Assembly (NCBI GenBank): GCA_964016885.1
Contig: OZ024743.1
Coordinates: 73,780,001 to 73,844,000, forward strand
DNA: 64,000 nucleotides
Reading direction: 5' to 3'
DNA from: Eledone cirrhosa
Taxonomy: Eukaryota
Position numbers and translations under genes: made by a program. The notes under the pieces were generated by a model that made no database searches, was not told the origin of the DNA, and saw nothing but the letters and a program-made list of their open reading frames with translations. Position 1 is the first letter of the stretch. The number at the start of each line of letters is the position of its first letter. Shown in pieces: positions 38,868 through 56,099 of this stretch.

Positions 38868-39414
38868 AAGGAATATATTGAGTTAGAAACTCAAAATAGT
38901 CTCTTACAATAAGATAGCTCTAGGAAAGAGATTTTTCGGAGCCGTATATTATAATTGAATATAAAAGAAAAACGAACACAGATATATACATATATGTGTT
39001 CAAATCGTAAGGGACCAGATTCGGTAAGGTGAAAAGAATACTAACTATAGAGAATAGGGTTTACCAGACTCAATTTAAGAATAAATCAAGAAAATAAATA
39101 CAAACCAGAAACACATATATGTATATATCTGTGTTAATTTTTCTTTTATATTCAATTATATATATATATATTTATAAACATACATTTATACACACACACA
39201 CGCACATACACACTCACACACACATATATATGAATATATATGTATCCATGTGTGTTTATATATATATAAGCAAATTAGCTGACTTAAATTTTGGTATTTG
39301 AAATGTGTGCGTCCCAACGCAAATGATCATAATAGTAGTAGATCACTATAACTAATAGTTGAGAAACTCGAGTAAAGTACCCCACATTTCTCGGGTGACA
39401 GGCGAGTGTACAGT

Positions 39415-41178
39415 CAGGGGTTGATAAAATAAAGTCCTAGCTATATATTGGGTTCGGTATAATCTACTTTACTCTGCCCTAAATTGTTGGCCTTGTATCT
39501 AAATTAGAAACGTTAATGTCAACTTTGCCTTTCATTCTTCTAGAGTCTATAAAATAGAATACCAGTAATTTTTCTTTTTCCCTTCAAATTTTTGGCCTTG
39601 TATGAAATGTAGGAACTATTATTAAAATGGCAATGTTTAGTAGTAATCGGTAGCGCGTCGGACAAGATGTTTGCAACATATAGTTGCGGCCCTTTACGTT
39701 CTGCATTCAAAACCCACCGATGTTAGCTTTGCCTTTCATTCTTACGGGGTCGATAAAATAAAGTACCAGTAACGCACTGGGGGCGATTTAATCGACTTTC
39801 CCCTCCCCCCAAATTGTTGGTCTTGTGCCTAAATCAAAAACATTCAGGTCGGTGGTTTGGTAGTATCGGTAGAGCGTCGGACAAAATACTTCGCAGCATA
39901 TACTTACAGCCCTTTACATTCAGAATTCAAAACCTATCGAGGTTTGCTTTGCCTTTCATCCTTACGGGGTAGATAAAATAAAGTACCTGTAACGTACTGG
40001 GGACGATTTAATTGACTTTCCCCTCCCTTGATTTGGCCTTGTGCCTAAATCAGAAACCTGTATTATTGTTAAGGAAAGTAGATTTTCAGTATCGGTAGAG
40101 CATCAGGCAACATGATTTCAGACAGACAGAGTTACAGCCCTTTACATTCTGAGTTCAAATCCCACCGAGGTCAGCTTTCCCTTTCGTCCTTTGGATTCAA
40201 TAAAATATGGCTTTGGCCCCACTCGGTCACGAATGACCATGATTTTGCACCTAGAAAGTTTCCTTCCGAGGTACAAGCCTGGGCAAAGTTTGTTTTGTGG
40301 AAGACCAGCAGTCGTCTATGCATACCAGCCTCCCTTCTCCAAGCCACCGATGATAGGGACCCCAGTCCTATCATCTCATTTCTACAGCTGAGTAAACTGG
40401 AGCAACGTGAAATAAAGTGTCTTGCTCAAGGACACAACGCATCACCCGGTCCGAGAATCGAGCTCACAATCTCTCAATTGCAAGTCCAACGCTCTAACCA
40501 CTAAGTCATGTGCCTTCACGGGGTCGATAAAATAAAGTACCAGTAACGCAGTGAAGCGATTTAATCGACTTTCCCCTCCACCAAAATTGTTGGCCTTGTG
40601 CCTAAATCAAAAACATTCAGGTCGGTGGTTTGGTAGCATCGCTAGATTGTCGGACAAAATACTTTGCGGCATATACTTACAGTCCTTTACATTCTGAGTT
40701 CAAATCCCATCGAGGTTTGCTTTGCTTTTAATCCTTTCGGGGTTAAATAAATAAAGTACCAGTAACACATTGAGAGTGATCGATTTAATCGACTTTCCCT
40801 TATCTTCAAATTGCTGGCCTTGTGCAAAAAGTAAAAACAATTATTAAAATAATTATTTCTACTTTTGGCACAAATTATCCCAGTAAATTACTGGTACTTT
40901 ATTTTATCGACCCTGTAAGGATGAAAGGCAAAGTTAACCTCGGCGGGATTTGAACTCAGACTGCAAAGGGCCGTAACTCTATGCTGCAAAGCATGGCATC
41001 CGACTCTCTACCAATACTACAAATTCACCACCAATTATTAAAATAATTGTTTCTACTTTTGGCACAAGGCAAGCAATTATCCCAGTGTATTAATGGTACT
41101 TTATTTTATCGACCCCGTAAGGATGAAAGGCAAAGTTAACCTCGGCGGGATTTGAACTCAGACCAATTATTAAAATAA
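39415..41178. mobile_element. Cluster of about nine CORE SINE copies (direct, then inverted), with a nested tRNA-SINE at 40207-40520
   Basis: Repeated CTTTGCCTTTCAT.CTTACGGGGTCGATAAAATAAAGTACC at ~39540, 39730, 39950, 40180/40520 and 40720 (+), and 40900 and 41100 (-). Confidence 0.85.
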
Positions 41179-41471
41179 TGAGAGTCAAATTAGACACGAT
41201 GACTTTTTATCACAAAACATTACATCTGAGCTCATATTGCAATAGGGCTTACACCTTATTCTCTCTCTCTCTCTCTCTCTCTATCGTTCTCTTTCTTAGT
41301 CTTTATTTCTTTCCTTCTCCCCCCCCTCCCATCTTTCTATCTATCTATGCTTTCTCACGGATCGATAAAATATGTATCATTACATTGAAATCTGTTCAAA
41401 CACTTATATTCACGCCTACAGATTTGTATTCGTTGAGCCAATCTAATAAATCATTAGCCAAAAGTAGAAAC

Positions 41472-44600
<3,129 letters not shown>

Positions 44601-44715
44601 AATATATTTTTAAGAAAAAATAACAACAACCCCAAAAAATATTTCAGAAAAACAATAGCCTGAACTTTTTGATGTCAGTGGGTTTGGTGAGGAATAACTG
44701 TGGGTTTGCAGGAAT

Positions 44716-44784
<69 letters not shown>

Positions 44785-44884
44785 GGTGTGTGTGTGTAAG
44801 GTAGGGAGAAAAAGAGAAAGAATGAGCCGGTGAGAGAGAGTATGTGTGAGGGAGAGAGGGAGAGAGAGAGTGAATGAGTGAGAG

Positions 44885-44927
<43 letters not shown>

Positions 44928-45038
44928 GTGAGTGAGAGAGAGTGAGAGAGACAGAGAGTGAGAAAGTGAGAGTGAGAGTGAATGAGAGAGAGAGAGATTG
45001 AGAGGGAGAGTGAATGAGTGAGAGAGACAGAGAGAGTG

Positions 45039-45082
<44 letters not shown>

Positions 45083-45798
45083 TGTGTGAGAGAGATTGAG
45101 AGAGATTGAGAGAGACATGGGGTGGGGTTTACTTGGAATTTATTAATTTTCTAATAGGAAAACGTACAAATCATTCGTCTGATCGATGTTCATAAACTTA
45201 TTGTCTACTGTAGTTTTGATAGTCAGATTTGTAATTAGAATTAACCATCAATAGCTAATTACTATTTCTAATTTGAGCGCGAAGACAAAGATTTGACAAT
45301 TATGATGGCGGAGATTTTATTCAATGTTTCTACTCCGCCATCAAGATGTTGTTCGGCGTCAAGGTAGAATTACAGTTTATATTTTAATCTTCTCACAGGT
45401 AACAAGGTAACATTGTTTGTTTTCTACTGCTTTTCCAGCCTCGTATTTTCTCTTCTCCCTACACAGTGGTGAAGTAACAGAGTAGAACATCACATAGAAG
45501 GCTTTCTCGTATTAGTTCCAGATCTCTGCTCTCTCAGTTCAAATCCTGCCAAGGTCAACTTTGTCTTTCATTTATTCGAGGTCAATAAAAAAGTACCAGT
45601 CTAGTACTGGGGTCAGTTCTTCCTCTATATCGCTTTCCCACTTCCTGTCTTTCTCACTTTCTAATCTTCTCTGGAAGAAATCTGTTGTATTCAGGCCTGG
45701 AGAGGCATACGCTCCACCAGGTTTAAAAACAAATTACCTAGAAACGTTGTATGTCAATACGGCGCCCCGACGACTCCCTCAGCAGTTACGGGACCATA

Positions 45799-46211
45799 CC
45801 CATCTACCCATCCATCCACCCATCCACCCATCCACCCATCCATCCACCCACCCTCCCACCCATCCATCCATCACCCATCCATCCATCCACCCATCCATCC
45901 ACCCATCCACCCATCCACCCATCCATCCATCCATCCATCCATCCACCCACCCACCCATCCATCCACCCATCCATCCACCCATCCACCCATCCATCCATCC
46001 ATCCATCCACTCATCCACCCATCTATCCATCCATCCACCCACCCTTCCACCCACACATCCATCCACCCATCCACCCATCCACCCATCCACCCACCCACCA
46101 ATCCGTCCACCCACCCATCCATCCACCCATCCATCCATCCATCCATCCACCCATCCATCCACCCATCCATCCATCCATCCATCCATCCATCCATCCATCC
46201 ATCCATCCATC
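45799..46211. repeat. (CCAT)n/(CCAC)n tetranucleotide array following a SINE tail
   Basis: Direct reading of the sequence. Confidence 0.95.
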
Positions 46212-46653
46212 TCTCCTTCTCCCCCTTCTCTTTCCTTCTCCCTCTTACTTTCACCCCCGCCCCTCTGCTAGTCACCCTCTCTCTCACTTCCTCCATCGTC
46301 CCACACCGTACGAAATTCTTTCCTAGCTCACATTCGCACAGCCAAGATGTGTCTTTCGTCTTCTCGTCAATATTTGCAAGTTCTTATGTTCAAAATGAAT
46401 TATTGACTTGATTTTCTCATTTTTTCCTCTCTTTACGTTGCCTCACCATTCGTGTTTGTTTACATGTCTCTCTTTCTCCATCCAATTCTTTTTATCCCAA
46501 TAACTTAATTTAGTTATTGTATTGCCATAGCCGGAGGTATATGGTCTGTAATGCGAAGAAATACCTATGATGGCTAGTAGACCACTGATGATGGATAGTC
46601 CTGGCTTCTATTTCTAATTCTTTATTATTATTATATATATATATATATATATA

Positions 46654-46852
46654 TAGGAGAAGAATCAGGACCCCGACGGCTGAGCTCCGGCCGTTTCGAC
46701 AGCTAGATCCGTTCGGATCTAGCTGTCGAAACGGTCGAAGCTCAGCTGTTGTGGTCTTGACTCTTTTCCTATTACCCACTCTACTACCATAAGCATTGAG
46801 TACTCTTGTGCGTTATGGTCCACCTGGTATCTTACCACATCCTCTTTGCTAT
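46654..46852. mobile_element. Short head-to-head pLTR dimer of PLE family C
   Basis: GACCCCGACGGCTGAGCTCCGGCCGTTTCGACAGCTAGATCCG-TT-CGGATCTAGCTGTCGAAACGG...GCGTTATGGTCCACCTGG; (TA)n flanks. Confidence 0.85.
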
Positions 46853-48364
46853 ATATATATATATTAATCGGAAAGTAAGTAAATGAACTTACATAAAGAA
46901 CGTAAAAAACCGATTCCTAATTCTATACAGGTGTTTCAGGGTCTAAGAGAAACAGTGCCCTTATTAATTAATAGACACCAGATCCACCACCAGTAGAATA
47001 TATATTACTGAACACACTAGAAACGACCAACCGCCATGGATTGAACATCGAGTGTAAAGGCACACGTGAACAGCGCTTAAGTATAATGATACGGGCAGGC
47101 CAACAGGAATGCTAGAAGAAGAACCTCGTTAGCCCCAATAAGTCATCTCAACTAAATTTCACTGTTAGGAGCAGAATTACATATGTTAATGTTTTCATCA
47201 ATACATAAAATTTTAATTATATTGTCGAGCAATATATATTCTTTTTCATATAAATAGTAGGTCATCATTTAACTTTACAGTGCGATCTAATAGAGGAGTC
47301 CCCCTGCAATATGTCGGGGCAGTGAAATGATTATTATTCTGCTTGTGAAAGGACTCATTAGCAGCATTGTTTGCTAACTTTTTCCACAGATCTGTTCCTT
47401 CTTTTTCTCTAAATGGCTGTTCTTCTGTTCCTTTACTGTCCACAGTAATTCCTCATGCAATCTTGATGTTCGGTATTGTTTCAAGACGTTTTTGTTAAAA
47501 ATCTGCATTGTTTTCTCATTACACTCACTGATCCTGTTGGCTCTCAATTACAAGATGCTTTTGCTGTACTTCAGAGACCGCTCAGTCTTCTGTATCTTTG
47601 CTCTGTAATTTCTGGAGTTAAAAGTCTGATTATTCAGTGTTTGAAAGGGCTGTCTGCAGGGCCTGGTTTAATGAGGGATGGGACAGCAATTGCACCCCCT
47701 GAGTGGGGGCTCCAGCAACAGCCGTATCAATTCATTTGTTCCCTCAGCTGGGCGTTTTAGTTTTAGGATGGTTAGAATTTTTGAATTTAATACCTGTATG
47801 TATAACTTTCCAATTCCAATTACTTGCGCTATCTAACTTTGATATGTAAAATTGGGGGGTTTGCTGTGTATTCTAATATTTATGCATGAGCACCCCCATA
47901 TATATATATACATACATAAAGAGAAATAATTATAGAGAAAGAACCTCTGGCACACCTACGCCATACACATATATACACATATATATATATATATACAACC
48001 TTCACACGCACAGACCCCTAAGCACAGACATATATGTGGACATACAATCCTTCACATACACACACTCGCAAAGAAACCTTCACATTTACACCCAATATTC
48101 ACACACAGAAATCTTTATATACACACTCACAAATCACACACACACACACACACACACACTCACAAATCACACACACACACACACACACACTTTTTTATGC
48201 AAAACCACCAACTACATACACATACACACTCACAAAGTGAGCACTTCACATACAAACCCCAAAAGTACACACATATATAAACCTACAAACTACACACATA
48301 CAAACACATAAACTACACGCAAACACACAAACACACACACACAAACACAAACATACACACACAT

Positions 48365-49020
48365 ATAAAACCCACTAACTACACACACATACATACATAC
48401 ATACATGCACACACACACATACAAACCCACCAACTACACACACATACAAACCCACCAACTACACAGACATAAAACCCACCAACTACATACATATAAAACC
48501 CACTAACTACACACACATACACACACATACATGCACACACACACACATTCATACACACATACAAACCCACCATCTACACACACATACAAACCCACCAACT
48601 ACACACACATAAAACCCACCAACTACACACACCTACAAACCCACCAACTACACAAACATAAAACCCACCAACTACACACACCTACAAACCCACCAACTAC
48701 ACACACATACAAATTCACCAACTACACACACATACAAACCCACCAACTACACACACATAAAACCCACCAACTACACACATATAAGACCCACCAACTACAC
48801 ACATATAAGACCCACCAACTACACACATATAAAACCCACTAACTACACACACATACACACACATACATGCACACACACACACATTCATACACACATACAA
48901 ACCCACCAACTACACACACATACAAACTCACCAACTACACACACATAAAACCCACCAACTACACACACATAAAACCCACCAACTACATACACATAAAACC
49001 CACCAACTACACACACACAC
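48365..49020. repeat. ~24-25-bp minisatellite (AAACCCACCAACTACACACACAT[A])
   Basis: Direct reading of the sequence; the ~90-bp CA-rich block near 48500 is duplicated near 48835. Confidence 0.9.
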
Positions 49021-49297
49021 TCAGACACACACACAGCCAGACACCCACACACAGTGGCACCTTTCTAGATGGTCACATATCTTGAGAGAAGCAGGTAATA
49101 AGGAGACAATCTCCTTCACTGTCTCATCTCTGGAGTGAAACACTTTTATGAAGCTCTGCCATATTTTCTCTCTTAAATCAATTTGTCCCATTAGTAAAAC
49201 GAGCAAAACTCATTAAGCGTCCTTGATAGTTAAGTGCAGCCGCAGATATACATTGTAGATGGAAGGAACCATATGTAGATATGTAGGGGTGGTGGGT

Positions 49298-49299
49298 GT

Positions 49300-49336
<37 letters not shown>

Positions 49337-51025
49337 GGTGGTGGTAGTAGTAGTAGTAGTGGTGGTAGTAGTATAGTAGTGGTAGTAGTAGTAGTAGTAG
49401 TAGTAGCGGTGGTGCTGGTGGTGGTAGTAGTAGTATTAGTAGTAGTAGTGATAGTAGTGGTAGAAGTAGTAGTAGTAGTAGCAGTAGTAGTAGTGGTTGT
49501 AGTGGTAGTAGTAGTAGTGGCAGTAGTAGTAGTAGTAGTAATAGTAGTAGTAGTGCTGGTGATGAACGGACGCTACCTGTAACATCATGTTGGTGGTGGT
49601 GGTAGTGGTGATGGTGGTGGTAGTGGTGGTGGTAGTGGTGGTGGTGGTGGTGGTGAGGGTGATGATGGTGGTAGTGGTGATGATGATGGTGGTAGTGGTG
49701 GTGAGGATGATGATGGTAGTGGTTGTGGTGGTGGTGAGGGTGATGATGATGGTAGTGGTGGTGATGGTGATGGTGGTAGTGGTGGTGGTGTTGGTACTAG
49801 TCGTGGTGTTTGTGCTGAGACTGAAGAGACGTCCCTTATAACATCATACCATGTTGATGGTGGTAATGGTGGTGTGATGGTGGTGGTATTAGTGGTGATG
49901 GTGGTGGTATTAGTGGTGTTGATATTGGTGGTATTGGCAGTGGTGGTGCTATGCTGGTGATGATGGATTTTGTGGTGGTAGTGGTGGTGATGATGGTTAT
50001 GGTGGTAGTGTAGTTGTGGTGGTGGTGGTGGTGGTAGTGGTGGTGATGTTGGTGGTATTATTGGTGGTGGTGGTATTGATATTTGTGGTATTGGCAGTGG
50101 TGGTGCTATGTTGGGGATGATGGATTTTGTGGTGGTGGTGGTGGTAACTATAGGGATGATTTTGCTTCTATGGTGGATTGGCAGTATCGGTAGAGGGTCG
50201 GACGCCATGCTTTGACGCATTGCGTTACGGCTCTTGCTATTCTGAGTTCAAATCCCGCCGAGGTTAACTTTGCCTTTCATCCTTACGGGGTCGATAAAAT
50301 AAAGTACCAGTAATGTACTGGGTTATTGCTGGCCTTGTGCCAAAAAGTAGAAACAATTATATTTATAACTGAATTCTTCATCATACTATAATTATTGTGG
50401 TGGTTGTTGTTGCTGTTGTTGCTGTTGTTGCTGTTGTTGTTGTTGTTGTTGTTGTTGTTGCTGTTGTTGTTGTTGTTGTTGTTGTTGCTGTTGATGTAGA
50501 TATATGTGTTGTTGTTGCTGTTGCTGTTGTTGTTATTTTTGCTGTTGTTGTTGCTGTTATTGTTGTTGTTGTTGTTGTTGTTGTTGCTGTTGTTGTTGTT
50601 GTTGTTGTTGTTGCTGTTGATGTAGATATATGTGTTGTTGTTGCTGTTGCTGTTGTTGTTATTTTTGCTGTTGTTGTTGCTGTTATTGTTGTTGCTGTTG
50701 TTGTTGTTGTTGTTGTTGCTGTTGCTGTGTTGTTGTTGTTGTTTTTGTTGCTAGCAATGATGATGTATAGGAAGGTGCTGCTGAAGTGTTTGACTGAAAT
50801 GTTTTCAACGTCGTTGCTGTTTGATGATGACGATGATAATGATGTTTATGATGATGATGATATTCACGATGATGATGATGATGACGATGATGATGATGAT
50901 GATGTTCAAGATGATGATGATGATGATGAGGAGAGGGGAGGGGGGTGATGATGGTGTTCATGATGACCATGATGATGATGATGATGTTGATTCTGATGAT
51001 AATTAAGATGATGATGATGATGATT
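49298..51025. repeat. Trinucleotide field (GTA/GTG/GTT/GAT)n with a CORE SINE at 50170-50362
   Basis: Direct reading of the sequence; the SINE has intact A/B boxes and core. Confidence 0.9.
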
Positions 51026-51388
51026 GCAATAAAGTTTTAATCACTTAGTTTTTAATCTCTTTCCTTCTGTTGCTATCCAGTAATTGTTTCATGTTTCTCA
51101 TTGGCCAGTTAACCTCATTCTGTTTATAGTATTTAATACCTTTTATAGTTGTTGTTATTGTTGTTGTTATTGTTGGTGATCATGTCTTCAATTGTTTGTT
51201 GTTTTTGTTTAGCCCCATATCAGCCTTGATAGAGCAGACTTTAAGATCAAAGCCCTTTCTACTGTTGCCACCCCACATATTTCTATATTTAGGACACATT
51301 AGATTACGTAACAAATAATTAAAAGTTGTGCCAACATTGCAGACACATTAGGTCGGTGTTTATTCTGGTTTCATTGTCGTTAAACAAT

Positions 51389-51641
51389 TGAGACTACAAG
51401 ATTTCTCCTTAAACAGGACGCCAGTTCAAGGCAGGGTTAACCATCAGCTATTACTGGTACTAATTTTCAACTGAGACTACAAGAATTCTCATTGAACAGG
51501 ACGCCAGTTCAAGGCAGGGTTAACCGTCAGCTATTACTGGTACTAATTTTCAACTGAGACTACAAGACTTCTCCTTGAACAGGACACCAGTTCAACGCAG
51601 AGTTAACCTTCAGGTATTACTGGTACTAATTTTCAGTTGAG
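51389..51641. repeat. Three tandem ~83-bp copies of a SINE-derived segment
   Basis: TGAGACTACAAGA..TCTC.TT.AACAGGAC.CCAGTTCAA.GCAG.GTTAACC.TCAG.TATTACTGGTACTAATTTTCA x3; antisense to the SINE body at 51960-52170. Confidence 0.8.
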
Positions 51642-51843
51642 TTCACGTTACTTATGTCCACCCGGCTATATAATGAGTACTAGTGACATCTGAGGGTTAA
51701 CCCTGCAATGAACTAGCGTCATGTTTCTGTTGCTTGACTGGGATAAAAACCAACCTGATGAGTCTCCGGGCTGGGGACAGAATTGAACTTTTTTAAACTA
51801 ATCCGACGTGTCCTTCCCATTTAACGAGAGTAGAGTTGAAACG

Positions 51844-52240
51844 GCGGAGGCACGTGACCTTGTGGTAAGGGTAGTGGACTCACGATCATAATATTTTGGG
51901 TTCGAATAGTTTGTGTGTTCTGTTCTTGAAGAAAACATTTAATTTCATGTTGCTTCAGTATATTCAACTGAAAATGAGCACCAGCAATAGCTTCGGAAAG
52001 AGGGAGAGTTAACTCAGCGAATGACTGGCATCCTATCCATTGAAGGAGTCTTGTACTCTCAATTGCGTCATACCACAAAACTGGGATAAGCACCGGTCTG
52101 ACGAGGCTCCCTGCTTTTACCCTGCGATGGACTGGTGTCCTGTCCAGTGGGGACTCTTGTATTCTCAATTGCTTCACACCACAAAACCGGGATAAGCAGC
52201 GGCTTCACGTGCTTCCTGACTTGAGACTTTAGACTTAAAC
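51844..52240 (+). mobile_element. tRNA-derived SINE with a duplicated body
   Basis: A box TGACCTTGTGGTAAG, B box GGTTCGAAT; body CCTGCGATGGACTGGTGTCCTGTCCAG...AAACCGGGATAAGC present twice. Confidence 0.65.
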
Positions 52241-52427
52241 TTAAGAGGATTGGAACGAGAGATGTTTCCTTGCTATTTCCAAAGTAAAGACTCCCCCATT
52301 GACATATTGGTGTTCCCTTGTGTTTATATTATTGGTGAAGATTTCGTAGATCTTATCGATACAGTTGGAACATTGTAGGGGAATAAATAACATTAAATTA
52401 CTCCAGAACCAACGGAACTCTGACCAA

Positions 52428-53031
52428 GACACTTCACATGTGACGGTCTCCTTTTGTGGACATAAGACACTTTACATGTGACGGTCTCCTTTTGTGGACA
52501 TAAGACACTTCACATATGACGGTCTCATCTTGTGGACATAAGACACTTCACATGTGACGGTCTCATCTTGTTGACATGAGACACTTCACATGTGACGGTC
52601 TCATCTTTGACATAAGACACTTCACATGTGACGGTCTCATCTTGTTGACATAAGACACTTCACATGTGACGGTCTCATCTTGTTGACATAAGGCACTTCA
52701 CATGTGACGGTCTCATCTTGTTGACATGAGACACTTCACATGTGACAGTCTCATCTTGTTGACGTGAGACACTTCATATGTGACGGTTTCATCTTGTTGA
52801 CATGAAACACTTCACATGTGACGGTCTCATCTTGTTGACATGAGACACTTCACATGTGACGGTCTCATCTTGTTTACGTGAGACACTTCACATGTGACGG
52901 CCTGATCTTGTTGACATAAGACACTTCACATGTGACGATCTCATCTTGTTGACATAAGACACTTCACATGTGACGATCCCATCTTTTTTACATGAGACAC
53001 TTCACATCTGACGGTCTTATCTTTTTGACAC
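52428..53031. repeat. 38-bp minisatellite, ~16 copies
   Basis: Unit GACACTTCACATGTGACGGTCTCATCTTGTTGACAT(A/G)A. Confidence 0.95.
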
Positions 53032-53115
53032 AGTGCATCTAGGACTACATTATTCGATGTCATTTTTCTTTTGCTGCTAATTTTCCTGTTTGTTTTTTTG
53101 TGGTGGTGATGGCAG

Positions 53116-53170
<55 letters not shown>

Positions 53171-53264
53171 CTTCTTCTTCTTCTTCTTCTTCTTCTTCTT
53201 CTTCTTCTTCTTCTTCTTCTTCTTCTTCTTCTTCTTCTTCTTCTTCTTCTTCTTCTTCTTCTTC

Positions 53265-54455
53265 ACCCACTTATTTCTACAGAGTCGTGGGGGCAGAGTC
53301 GTCAAACACCCTCTTCAACTGGTCTTGTCAGCAGTAACCATCTCCAGCTTATACAGCTGGGTCTCCAAGCGTTACCATCCAAGCTCATGGATGTTATCCA
53401 ACCATTTTTCTCGGAGTCTCCTTCTGAGTCTACTGCTGGTTAGTTTTGGCCGTAAAATCTATCCAGCTATTCTTTCCTGAGACATTCTAACCACGTGCCC
53501 ATAGTAACGGAGCTGCCATCTTCCAATTTGGAGTAGTAGCGGCTCTACCTGGAGTGCTCTTCCTGGAGTGCTCTTCCTGGAGTGCTGTTCCTGAAGTGTT
53601 CTTCCTGGAGTGCTCTTCCTGGAGTGCTCTTCTTGGAGTGCTCTTCCTGGAGTGCTCTTTCTGGAGTGCTCTTCCTGCAGTGCTCTTCTTGGAGTGCTCT
53701 TTCTGGAGTGCTCTTCCTGCAGTGCTCTTCCTGGAGTGCTCTTCCTGCAGTGATCTTCTTGGAGTGCTCTTCCTGGAGTGCTCTTCCTGGAGTGCACTTC
53801 CTGAAGTGTTCTTCCTGGAATGCTCTACCTGGAGTGCTCTTCTTGGAGTGTACTTCCTGGAGTGCTCTTCCTGAAGTGCTCTTCCTGGAGTGCTCTTCCT
53901 GCAGTGCTCTTCTTGGAGTGCTCTTCCTGGAGTGCTCTTCCTGGAGTGCTCTTCCTGGAGTGCTCTTCCTGGAGTGCTCTACCTGGAGTGCTCTTCTTGG
54001 AGTGCACTTCCTGGAGTGCTCTTCCTGAAGTGCTCTTCCTGGAGTGCTCTTCCTGCAGTGCTCTTCTTGGAGTGCTCTTCCTGCAGTGCTCTTCTTGGAG
54101 TGCTCTTCCTGGAGTGCTCTTCCTGGAGTGCTCTTTCTGGAGTGCACTTCCTGGAGTGCTCTACCTGGAGTGCTCTTCCTGGAGTGCTCTTCCTGGAGTG
54201 CTCTACCTGGAGTGCTCTTCCTGGAGTGCTCTACCTGGAGTGCTCTTCCTGGAGTGCTCTTCCTGGAGTGCTCTACCTGGAGTGCTCATCCTGGAGTGCT
54301 CTTCCTGGAGTGCTCTACCTGGAGTGCTCCTCCTGGAGTGGATCTCCGAGCTATGCCCCTTATCGAGTAACATTACTCCAAAGAACCTTCGGAGGAACCT
54401 TATTTCGGCCGCTTGTATTCGCGATCGTATTCATTCGCTCATTACCCAAGATCCA
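53265..54455 (-). mobile_element. RTE 3' fragment with a (GAA)n/(CAA)n tail and an internal 14-bp tandem expansion (53543-54340)
   Basis: QLRYYGHVVRMSQER and AAEIRFLRRFFGVMLLDRG flank ~57 copies of CTCT(A/T)CCTGGAGTG. Confidence 0.9.
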
Positions 54456-55979
54456 TGCTGTTGTTGCTTTTATTATTTCAGATTATGACAAGATTGATGT
54501 AACTTCGTCGGTTTCAAAGATAAGCATTGAGTTAGTTTGAACAACTTAACACAATAGCAGTTAAATTAGCATGTAATTAGCTTGATATTCCGCCGACACG
54601 AGTATACTTAACATATTTCTTAAGAAGAACTAAGGTGACAGTATGTGACAAGGCTGGAGCTTTCTATTATAAATATAACCTACAGCAGCTTATACGTAAA
54701 TTCCACAAGCGAGCTGTTCTAGAAGTCATTGTCGAAAGCGATGGAGGACCATTCTACTATTAGTTACCTCTGTAAAGGAATGTCACAAATCTTATAATCC
54801 ATTTATCGACAGATAGAGCGGTTTATGCTTAGTTAAGCAGATAATGTAGATTTATAGTCGATAATATATTGTGATAGCGATACCATTAGTCTGGTGTCGC
54901 GTTTATAGTTCACCCTCACCTCTACCTGTAAAATAGATACCATGCACATATACACTTACTTCTGTTACCTATATTGCATATGACCAATATGTTAGTGACA
55001 TCTAGATAATAAATTAAAATAAACCTAAGTTTAGAGTTATAATTGACCAATATACACTGCATTAAGTTACGAAGCCTTCAACATTACTGTAACTTTTACA
55101 GTAATGCATGCATGATCCCGTAACACGTGGAGGAGTCGTAGGGATACCATATTAACACACGACGTTTCTAGGAGGTTTTTAAACTTGGTGGAGCCCATAT
55201 TCTCTCCAGGTCTCAATACAGCAGATTTCTTCCAGAGAAAGATAGAGAGTGAGAAAGAGATAAAGACGAAGAACTAGGCGGGTAATTTTTTATCGACCTC
55301 GAAAGGATGAAAAGCAAAGTTGACCTCGGCGGGATTTGAACTCAGAGAGCAGAGAACCGGAACAAACATCACAAAGCATTCTATCCAACGTTTTGATAAA
55401 TATACACTGCATTAACTTATGAATTCTTCAATTTTTTGTTATGAATTCTTCAACTTTTCTGTTTTATAATCAAAGGATTATAAAACTTACCAAGTGATAT
55501 TTGATGTTTTGTACAAATCATATAATTAGATTATTATTTATAAGATTCCTTTATATTTTATCCGATCAAATTCAGAAATGTTATTTTATAAAGTTTGCTT
55601 AAACGCTAGAGAATTTGCTTGAAAAAACATGTTAGAAAGATTAATTAAAGTTTCTAAATACAGAATATGAAAATATGTTTTCTCCATAGGATTTATGCCC
55701 TCTATAGAGAATTGGTTTATTTAAAACCATTCTAATTAATTACTCAATCAACTTAAGTTTGCAGAATAATATTTTTCAAAAAAACGTAGTTATCCTGTAC
55801 ACTATTACAATTCATTGAATCAATTAGGTGGCAATGTCTAAGGTATTTATACTAATCAACACATGATGGTATGTTCCATTCTCAATCTCAGTGACATGGC
55901 CAGCTACCTGTCTATTGCCTTCACTTCTAATGTATCATATAAGTCAGAAATGGACAACTTTTTTCGAACAGTGTGCCGC

Positions 55980-56099
55980 GTAGGATGTGGATCATCATAA
56001 GGTGGGTCACATAGGGTGTGGCTCATCATAAGGTGGACCACATTGGATATGGTTCATTATAAGGTGGGTCACATAGGATGTGGCTCATCATAAGGTGGG
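55980..56099. repeat. 31-bp tandem repeat, ~4 copies
   Basis: ATAGGATGTGGCTCATCATAAGGTGGGTCAC. Confidence 0.85.

Noticed and set aside
51755-51790. CTGATGA plus a hairpin
   Set aside because: Followed by AGAAT rather than GAAA, with no stem III or I; it looks like a SINE 3' tail.
52428-53031. CRISPR-like periodicity (38 bp)
   Set aside because: Units are contiguous with no unique spacers, there are no cas genes, and the context is eukaryotic.
53459-54540. 200-aa repetitive ORFs on both strands
   Set aside because: By-product of a stop-free 14-bp tandem repeat inside a dead RTE fragment.
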